The notes under the pieces are model-generated. The model had not been told where the DNA came from and did not search any database. It saw only the letters and a program-made list of their open reading frames with translations. From a virus: a stretch of 64,000 nt of DNA. Where the stretch lies: positions 28,961-92,960 of IMG/VR virus record IMGVR_UViG_3300021401_000004, one strand, 5' to 3'. Position numbers and translations under genes: made by a program. Below are positions 56,903 through 64,000 of this stretch, piece after piece; within the stretch, counting starts at the first letter, position 1, and the number at the start of each line of letters is the position of its first letter.

Positions 56903-58848
56903 TGCGCTTCCTTCCAGTTTGAACCTATGCCCGCGTTGACTAGAGTCGGGACTTGGAGAGGAATAGATTGTACCATAAACTGTTTAACCTTGTCAAGTGC
57001 CCTTTTACCCGCCTCCCCCGAATCGACCGAACCGTCTAATTCGTCATGGACGGTTAGCGTTAGAGTGATATTGCCTTCTTTGAGCAAACCCGATTCCCAA
57101 ATGTCCACCATAGCCTTCTTGGTAATATCGGCATTCGAACCCTGGAGGACGCGATTCAGGGCTTTATGCGTACCCGCCCGCGACAGTTTGATTCCTTTGT
57201 AATATCGTTCGGCTTCTTCCAAGGGCATCGCCCCTGCATACGGAATATTTGCGGGCAAGTCTTTTGTGAAACGCGGCTCATACAGATTGAATCGGCATCG
57301 TCGTCCGAGGATGGTCTTGACGTAACCTTGCCTCTCGGCTTGCTGGGAGGCTTTGTTGTAAATCTCCTTGATGAACGGTGCTCGGGCGTGGTAGGTTTCC
57401 ATGATGTCCAGCGCTTCCTGCTTGGGCGATCCGTCTTCATTTGCTAGCCCCAAGGAAGCTGCTAGCTTGGGGGCCCCCATGCCGTAGCATAGCCCGAAGT
57501 TCAAATTCTTGGCGGGCTTGCGGTCGAGCCCCGTCAGATCGGCAACCATCTGATGGAAATCGATGTCCGGCTTCTCAATATACGTTTTCTGTACGCCTTC
57601 TGCGCCCTTGCATTTGGATAATAAAGCGTAGTGGACGAGGAGACGGTACTCCATTTGGCTGTAGTCCGCACTATACCAATCCATCAGGAACTCGGGAACG
57701 AATAGCCCGCGTATTTCTGCTCCTAGCTCGGTTCTGATGGGAATATTCTGTAGACTTGGATCGGATGTTGAGAAACGCCCACTGACAGTCCCGCGCACGC
57801 CTTCCTCGTCCGCCCGTCGTAGGGGATGAATTTGTGTGTGAATCCTGCCATTGAGATGTCCGTTCAGAATGTACGCTTCTACGAATGTCCCACGAATCTT
57901 TTCAAACTCGCGGGCTTCATTCAAGAGGGCTGCGAACGGGTGTTTTACTTTTTTCAGCCAGTCGTTCTTGAATGACGGGTTCCCTTTCTCAGTCAATGGG
58001 TACTTGATACCCAAAACCTGAAATGCTCGGGCGAGGTCTTTGGGCGAACTAGGATTGACTTGAAACCCGAATGTGTTTGCCATTTGCTGGCAAGCATCTT
58101 GATACTTGGTTTTAAGTTCTCGCTCCAATTGCACGGCCTTATCTAGGTCTACATCTACGCCCCGCTCACGCATGTAGTTCAGGAGCGGCGTCAAACGGCA
58201 TTCCAGATCAAATAGGGCGGTCAGTTCGTCGGCTTCCAAAGCAGGAATCTGCTTCTCATACGTCCGGAGGGCCAAATCTACGTCCACCAGAGCATAAGGT
58301 GAAGCGTGCCCCGGATGAACTTCGGAGAAATGTTCCTTGACGTTCTCTCCATACTTCTCAATCAATACATCCGAAGTCTTGCCTTCGCTCAGATACTTTT
58401 GAGCAATGGCTTCTAGTCTGTAGCTGATTGCGTATTCATCAAGGAGTGCTTCTGCCCATTGAACGTCCCGCCATTTGGCCGAGTCAGCCGTGATGCCCGC
58501 TTTGAGCAAGAAGAAAGCGTCAAACAGATTGGAGTTGGCTCCCACGATTTCGCCCGTGTAGCCATGCAACTGGTCTTTCAGCCAGCGCAGGACTACGGCT
58601 TCGTCACAGTTTGGACCCCCTTTATGACGTGTCGGATAGTATTCCTGAAAGCCATCATCGGTCTTAACGGTCACGCCGACAATGTAACCTCCACGCAGCG
58701 GATCAAGCCCTTGGGTTTCAAGGTCAAGGCTAATCCGTTTTGCGGATTTAATGGGGGGAAATTTGGTAGGAGCCCGATAGCCCGCAACAGATAAGCGGGG
58801 GAGGGCCCAGAGTTCGCTTTCGGGCAGCAATGATAGTTGCTCAGCCAT
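56899..58848 (-). CDS. polA: Family A DNA polymerase (3'-5' exonuclease plus polymerase)
   Basis: DLET, SGRFS...P.LQNIP, ADYSQME.R, R..AK.LNFG..YG, QGS.AD..K, VHDE. Start taken at MAEQLS. Confidence 0.95.
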   Translation of the reverse strand: MAEQLSLLPESELWALPRLSVAGYRAPTKFPPIKSAKRISLDLETQGLDPLRGGYIVGVTVKTDDGFQEYYPTRHKGGPNCDEAVVLRWLKDQLHGYTGEIVGANSNLFDAFFLLKAGITADSAKWRDVQWAEALLDEYAISYRLEAIAQKYLSEGKTSDVLIEKYGENVKEHFSEVHPGHASPYALVDVDLALRTYEKQIPALEADELTALFDLECRLTPLLNYMRERGVDVDLDKAVQLERELKTKYQDACQQMANTFGFQVNPSSPKDLARAFQVLGIKYPLTEKGNPSFKNDWLKKVKHPFAALLNEAREFEKIRGTFVEAYILNGHLNGRIHTQIHPLRRADEEGVRGTVSGRFSTSDPSLQNIPIRTELGAEIRGLFVPEFLMDWYSADYSQMEYRLLVHYALLSKCKGAEGVQKTYIEKPDIDFHQMVADLTGLDRKPAKNLNFGLCYGMGAPKLAASLGLANEDGSPKQEALDIMETYHARAPFIKEIYNKASQQAERQGYVKTILGRRCRFNLYEPRFTKDLPANIPYAGAMPLEEAERYYKGIKLSRAGTHKALNRVLQGSNADITKKAMVDIWESGLLKEGNITLTLTVHDELDGSVDSGEAGKRALDKVKQFMVQSIPLQVPTLVNAGIGSNWKEAH

Positions 58849-59199
58849 TACTTGCCCGAGCAAGAACGAAGGGGGCACTTGAAATACGAATCCTCGCCCG
58901 TACCCGAATCCCGAGGGACGCTGACAAGGTTGAAATCGTGCTGGGAGCAAACCGCCGCCGAGATAACGACGATCATAGGTTCGGGCGTTACTTCCACAGT
59001 GTCGCTCATTGACTTTCCTCTTTCGTATATAATTCACATTCACTTGCGGGCAAAACTTTCTTCCTCTTGCCCTTGATCGGTTGGGCGATTTCCGCCGTCA
59101 GGCTGACGAGGACGCCCGTACGCTTCCCTTGGTTCTTAGGATCGTAGTAGAACACGGTTTCCCCGATGTTTTCGTGCGTGATGGGTTTGCCCGACATAA

Positions 59200-59517
59200 T
59201 TACCGTTTCTTTCGGGCAACTTTCTTCACGGGCTTCGTTTTCCGGACGCCCGCAGCCTTGAGAATCTTGGCGAACGTTGCGGGCGAGAACGTGCGGCAGC
59301 CGATAGCAAATATATCGGGACTGTAGTTGATCTTTATGCAATTTCCTTGCGGGCAAATCTTGCAATGGAGTTGAACTTCGTTGAGTCCCGCTTGCGCCGC
59401 AAGCCTCAGTTCCGATAGAAGAACCCAAGTGGAGTAGGGATCAATCATGCCCGCGACTTCTCGCAAGCGAGTCGTGCTCAGATTCAACTTTTCTCCGTTC
59501 ACATCTTTGATAATCAT
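59200..59517 (-). CDS. Hypothetical protein with basic tail
   Basis: GGAGGGAG ribosome-binding site before MIIKD. Confidence 0.5.
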   Translation of the reverse strand: MIIKDVNGEKLNLSTTRLREVAGMIDPYSTWVLLSELRLAAQAGLNEVQLHCKICPQGNCIKINYSPDIFAIGCRTFSPATFAKILKAAGVRKTKPVKKVARKKR

Positions 59518-59776
59518 GTTTACACTCCCTCCAAGAAATCCGCCGCTGTTTGATTTACGGGCAGCCGATCTGCGACGCAAAGATCGCCCGTACCTTGATA
59601 CGTTTTCCGTACTACGAAGACTTCGAACCGCCGAGCTTCTACTTTTCTGTGCCGCCCGCAAAGAACCAACCGAACTTCAAACGACTGCCCGCGAACAATA
59701 GAATCCCTGCCGCTACGCCCGCAAGGAATCTTGGCGAGTAACTTCCTGTTTTTCACGAAGGCTTGACACGGGTGCT

Positions 59777-60088
59777 TCATTTCATTTGACGGGCGTCGAA
59801 CTCTGGAAACACTATTTCGGCTTCGCAAGTCTGCATCTTGCCGTCCTGAAAGTATTTTACCCAGATATCGCCCGCTTCCTCGCCTTCACCTTTCAGAATA
59901 AACAACTTCTTGGGGTGTTTCTTGGAGAACGCCCGCATGTCCTGCTCGTGTTCGTACCATTTGCAGGCGTCGTCAAATGGGTCCCCTTCACCACCGTACA
60001 AGGTTTTATACTGATCCTCGATGACTTCAGTTTCAATTACGTTGTCCTTGGGAGAAAATTCCAACTCAAATCGTGTGTAATAACCCAT
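59777..60088 (-). CDS. Hypothetical phage protein
   Basis: AGGAGG ribosome-binding site; MGYYT.F..KWY.H..DM..FS...P..LF.L.GEGEE. Confidence 0.7.
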   Translation of the reverse strand: MGYYTRFELEFSPKDNVIETEVIEDQYKTLYGGEGDPFDDACKWYEHEQDMRAFSKKHPKKLFILKGEGEEAGDIWVKYFQDGKMQTCEAEIVFPEFDARQMK

Positions 60089-61116
60089 CAGTCTCCTCCT
60101 GCGGTCGCCCGCAATACGTTTTCCGTACACAAAGCTTGCCCGATAATCTCAGCGTACTTCTTGTGATCTTCGGGCGATGAGTGCGTATACCTCGCCCCGA
60201 TTCCTTGTCTCGCGTGGCCCATTCGTTCGTCTTGGAGGTATTCGGGCACCCCGAGACTCTGCATCAGGGACTTGTTCATGTGCCGAAGTGCGTGCAAGCC
60301 GATACCTTCACCAAGTACGGGTTTCAGCCGTCTCACAACATCGCCGTTGTTCCAGACTTTACCCTTGTTGGAAAATAATAAATTCTCGTCAGGTCTTGTC
60401 GTGTCGGGTCCTGTCCAGTCGCGTCTTGTCAGGTCCAGTTGCGTCAAGTAAAACCCAAGATTGCGGGCGAGGCCCCGGCTAATGTGAATCGCCCGCAAAG
60501 CATTCGTTGTCTTTGGGGTTTGCAAGACGCCCCGAAACGCCGAGCGCCGAATGTGGACGATCTGATTAGCCAGATCAATATCGTCGCGCATTAAACTGAC
60601 CATCTCCCCGCCACGGCAACCGAGTTCGGCGCATAGCTGCAACATCATCCCGAATTGTCCGTCCACCTTCCGTACTAACTCGCGAACCTCCTCGGTGGAC
60701 AAGTGACGGGCTTCGGTTTTCTGCGCCCTCGGCAGGCTTAGGAATTCAAACGGGTTTTCCTTGACGTACTTCCAAGCGCGGGCCTTCCGCCAAACCATCC
60801 GCATTACTCCGAGCAAGTTTCGGAGAGTTTTGGGAGAGCCTAGGAAGCCCGTAACGTATTGTTGAATCCGCTCGGTATCGATCTTATTCAGCGGCAGTTG
60901 CCCGAAAGTCTGATTCAACGCTTCGATGTTCGATGTAATACTGCTCTGCGATGCGGGTTTGAAGTTAGGAACGATATCGGCCAAGTATTGGTCCGTAACG
61001 GTCTTGAACTTGACGTATTCCTTCGGGCGTTGGCTGCTCGCAAATATCCCGTCTTCGCGCATCTCAACCCAAACTTGGATCGTATTACCGTCGAAAGTGA
61101 GGGTTCCGCGTTTCAT
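60088..61116 (-). CDS. Tyrosine recombinase/integrase
   Basis: G.R.GE, PKT....R, HALRH, MGH, YTH catalytic set. Confidence 0.9.
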   Translation of the reverse strand: MKRGTLTFDGNTIQVWVEMREDGIFASSQRPKEYVKFKTVTDQYLADIVPNFKPASQSSITSNIEALNQTFGQLPLNKIDTERIQQYVTGFLGSPKTLRNLLGVMRMVWRKARAWKYVKENPFEFLSLPRAQKTEARHLSTEEVRELVRKVDGQFGMMLQLCAELGCRGGEMVSLMRDDIDLANQIVHIRRSAFRGVLQTPKTTNALRAIHISRGLARNLGFYLTQLDLTRRDWTGPDTTRPDENLLFSNKGKVWNNGDVVRRLKPVLGEGIGLHALRHMNKSLMQSLGVPEYLQDERMGHARQGIGARYTHSSPEDHKKYAEIIGQALCTENVLRATAGGD

Positions 61117-61436
61117 CAGAACAACCCTTCCAAGACTTCGTTAATTGCCCAGACGCCCGCTAAGACTACTAGCCCGAAAACTACGAGAGCGCCTATTCCT
61201 AGAACTAGAGTTTGAGCTATGATTTCCATTCGGGCCTCCTATTTGTCGGTCGGCAACGGGTTGCTGGTGCGGTTCCCGTGCCGTTTGGTGTATCCGTTTC
61301 GGGCGGCCATTGATCGCGGGCAAGTTTCGTTTCGCCCGAGTTTTGGCAAACAACTCTGAACGCCAAGCTGAGTCAGAATCGTAGTCGGTTGCCCGACATC
61401 AACTTTCGGTCTGCGGTCGTGTTTCATAGCTCCTCC

Positions 61437-61466
61437 AATATACGGAAAACGGACTGTTAATGTCAA
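61437..61466 (-). promoter_or_regulatory. sigma70 promoter containing the repeated 11-mer, upstream of the integrase region
   Basis: TTGACA-18 nt ending CGTTTTCCG-TATATT, then GGAGGA and ATG at 61427. Confidence 0.6.
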
Positions 61467-61478
61467 GATAAATCTGCG

Positions 61479-61766
61479 CTATTTGCGGGCAACTTTGCGA
61501 AAGACTTCGGTCGCCCGTAACAACTTGCGGGAGTATCCGATGAGGTTGTTTCCTCGACACCAGAGATCAAATACCTCTTCTAAAGAGGCGCTTTCAACCC
61601 ATTCCCGTGTTCGCTGGAACTCGCCACGTCCGTCCCGCGTTGCTTCTTCCTGATCTGGATAAATCTCCGACCACAAAAGCTCGTCAGCGTGCCCAGATCG
61701 TATTAGTTTCTTGAGGCGGGGCCCGACCGTGAGCACGGTCCCGTACTTCTCAGATTTCTTTAGCAT
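61479..61766 (-). CDS. Hypothetical protein
   Basis: GGAGG ribosome-binding site. Confidence 0.55.
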   Translation of the reverse strand: MLKKSEKYGTVLTVGPRLKKLIRSGHADELLWSEIYPDQEEATRDGRGEFQRTREWVESASLEEVFDLWCRGNNLIGYSRKLLRATEVFRKVARK

Positions 61767-62328
61767 TGTCTTCCTCCAATCTATAAATTTCGTACGTCAC
61801 GCTGCCCGCCTGCACAACGTCTCTAACCTGTCGTTCTCGGGCGTTCATCTGACTCTCGCCCGTCTTGACTTCCAACAACACGATTCTATCAAGTTTGCCC
61901 GCATCAAGTCCAGAGAAAATTACATAATCCACGGGCTGCCCGATAAAATGGCAGTCTTTCGGGCTATACGGGAATCCAACCATGTGCGGCGCAAGTTGCT
62001 CGGCAACGAGTCCGCGATTCACGGCTTTGGATTGCTTGATGGCGTCCTCGCGTTCGGTTTTCGTATACTTGACTTTCCATTTATCAAACTCAAGTTGCGC
62101 CTGTTCAAGAGCTTGCCTACGGGCGACTTGCCCGAACTCCGTACGGAAAACGGATAACTGCGATTCCAACGAATCCATTGCCTGCTTCTGCGCGGCAGCC
62201 CGAAAGCTTTCAAGAGATTGCTGAAACGCCTCCAACTCTTGGGCTTTCGCGGCAGCTTGCTTTTTCGCCCGTAAGAGTCCCAACAGAAGCCCGAAGGCTA
62301 ACACCCCGAGAATCGCTGCTAGAATCAT
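61750..62328 (-). CDS. Holliday junction resolvase-like protein with N-terminal TM
   Basis: R.DAI..S.AV..G...EQLAP, F.G.P.DY..F.GL, EVKTG. Confidence 0.8.
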   Translation of the reverse strand: MILAAILGVLAFGLLLGLLRAKKQAAAKAQELEAFQQSLESFRAAAQKQAMDSLESQLSVFRTEFGQVARRQALEQAQLEFDKWKVKYTKTEREDAIKQSKAVNRGLVAEQLAPHMVGFPYSPKDCHFIGQPVDYVIFSGLDAGKLDRIVLLEVKTGESQMNARERQVRDVVQAGSVTYEIYRLEEDNAKEI

Positions 62329-62362
62329 TTTCGAATTCGCTCGGTATAAACCACCTAAAGTT

Positions 62363-62818
62363 TTACTTCCCGAAAACCAAATCGTGTATTTTCATCGCGT
62401 TACAAGTTTCAATCGGGCGTCCGCTTTCCAAACAAAGCAGGCACCGAAGCAAACGCCCGTTGTATCGCCCGTGAATCCCACAATGGTTTACCGGGCCTTC
62501 GGGCAAGTACCGCTCGGGATTGCCCGAGAACCTTCCAGCATCTTCGGGCGTCCAGCCGTGAGCCTTGACCAGATGCGCGAAGGTATTCTTGCCCGTGAAA
62601 TGACAAATCGGGCACATTGGCGGGCCAGAAACGCTCTCCCGAATCTTCACGGGCTTCGACGCCCGAAATCTACTCAAAGGCTCGCCATACTCCCTAAGCT
62701 TGCGGTACAGCGTCGTTCGCCCGATACCTAGCTCACGGGCTGCCCGTTGACAATCCCGTGTTTCCAGGCATGCCGCTAGGATTGCTTCCCGTTCTATGGT
62801 TGCAAGTGGGCGAATCAT
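62363..62818 (-). CDS. Fis-type HTH protein with Zn-finger-like segments
   Basis: AARELGIGRTTLYRKL..YG; CPIC..H...H. Confidence 0.75.
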   Translation of the reverse strand: MIRPLATIEREAILAACLETRDCQRAARELGIGRTTLYRKLREYGEPLSRFRASKPVKIRESVSGPPMCPICHFTGKNTFAHLVKAHGWTPEDAGRFSGNPERYLPEGPVNHCGIHGRYNGRLLRCLLCLESGRPIETCNAMKIHDLVFGK

Positions 62819-63168
62819 TCCTTTTCACTCCGTTCCCAAGCGTTATGCTGGGCGTCATCTTGTATCTGCCCGCATCGATCCTGCCAGCATGACGGGCAGC
62901 GGGCCGAGCCTTTACCGGGCGTAGTAGGTTGCCCGCAATCAATACAGAAAGTGGATTCGGGCGATACCCTTCCTTCCCGCGCTATAACGTCTATAGCCTT
63001 GCGGGTGTCTGACTCTTCCCAATCATCTAGCGTCCGTTGTATGCTCCCTTTCCATACGTTTTCCGTACCGTGCAAGTCTTGACGCCCGACGCCTGGACAC
63101 AAGAGCATCGGTCGCCCGTTATAGGTATGTGCGGCATGAGGCTCTAGGCACGAACAAGGTTTGGACAT
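62815..63168 (-). CDS. Cys-rich hypothetical protein
   Basis: GGAGGAG ribosome-binding site; CIDCG..RCPSC. Confidence 0.55.
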   Translation of the reverse strand: MSKPCSCLEPHAAHTYNGRPMLLCPGVGRQDLHGTENVWKGSIQRTLDDWEESDTRKAIDVIAREGRVSPESTFCIDCGQPTTPGKGSARCPSCWQDRCGQIQDDAQHNAWERSEKE

Positions 63169-63553
63169 TTCTCCTCCGTTTTCCGTATTTTCTTGACAAC
63201 GTAGCCCGAACGTGCCATGATGCTACACGAAAGGGGAATTACTTATGGTTACTTTCATTCTCAAACTTGCGGGTGTCTGGTTCTTGGCTTCCATCGTCTT
63301 CGCTTTGTTCTTCGGGCGGCTCTGCGCTATGAGCGATTGCCCGAAGCCCGATAAACGCTAAACCTTCGGGCTAAACCAAGATTGTCCTCCATGAATATCG
63401 TAACGGACAACGGTCTTGTCGTACTCGTCCGCAAGCTTCTGAGCGGTCTCGTTCGCTTGCTTTATGTCTGAAAAATAGTAGCGTGTCCGCTCATCTTTCG
63501 GATGACAAACATAGAATTCCCGCATACTTCCTCCTATCGCCCGTGTCTACGGG

Positions 63554-64000
63554 TTACTCAAATTTGATACCCTTTTCCTTGAACAAGCGAAGCATTAAGT
63601 TGATCGGTTTGCGGAATTTTCCTTTTCCCCAGAGTTCTTTCCTCTCCTGAAAGTTGCAAGCCCGTTGAACATTGACTCCTTCATACGGGCAAGGGCCGCC
63701 CGCTGCCCACTTGTCAAAGGCATTTTGATTCGGATGGCATGAGGCATCATACATCATTAAATCGGCGCACAATTCCGCTGATACGCTCCCCCATGAAGCC
63801 ATAAGAACCATTGTAGGTGCGGGTAGTTGTGCTTTGGTCAAGTCCGCCGACCGCAAGTCCGCCGACCACAAGTCCGCCGACCGCAAGTCCGCCGACCGCA
63901 AGTTCGCCGACCACAAGTCCGCCGACCGCAAGTTCGCCGACTGCAAGTCCGCCGACTGCAAGTTCGCCGACTGCAAGTCCGCCGACTGCAAGACCGCCGC
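63554..64000 (-). CDS. Pentapeptide-repeat protein (5' end outside window)
   Basis: A(D/N)LxS repeats encoded by a 15-bp tandem repeat at ~63838-64000. Confidence 0.88.
   Translation of the reverse strand, partial: AAVLQSADLQSANLQSADLQSANLRSADLWSANLRSADLRSADLWSADLRSADLTKAQLPAPTMVLMASWGSVSAELCADLMMYDASCHPNQNAFDKWAAGGPCPYEGVNVQRACNFQERKELWGKGKFRKPINLMLRLFKEKGIKFE

Noticed and set aside
58849-59043. N-terminal extension of the polymerase in the ORF track
   Set aside because: It has no polymerase features and overlaps a small upstream ORF in another frame; MAEQLS is the more plausible start.
50831-64000. CRISPR array or diversity-generating retroelement from the tandem repeats
   Set aside because: The repeats are spacer-less coding repeats, and no cas operon or reverse transcriptase is seen.

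Overview
64 kb of a tailed dsDNA bacteriophage genome, probably podovirus-like. The + strand (to ~36.5 kb) carries head, fibre, tail and ejection genes. The - strand carries replication, recombination and nucleotide-metabolism genes (RecA, PolA, primase-helicase, SSB, ERF, tyrosine integrase). Main observations: (1) The major capsid gene, missed by the ORF track, can be rebuilt from 7 exons (347 aa). It is separated by five group I introns plus a 48-nt insertion that has correct P1/P10 guides, the U.G splice pair and a terminal G but no catalytic core, so it may be spliced by a neighbouring ribozyme. (2) A circularly permuted, two-piece tmRNA lies in a cluster of structured RNAs. (3) An asymmetric 11-mer, TAC(G/A)GAAAACG, occurs at least 33 times, is strand-biased and is built into the sigma70 promoters of antisense cassette genes, resembling an operator/stoperator system. 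(4) A C5-methyltransferase is encoded in two overlapping frames, both broken by the same extra base. (5) A primase-helicase is split by an intronless homing endonuclease. All calls come from manual reading, with no database searches or folding programs, so family names are motif-based.
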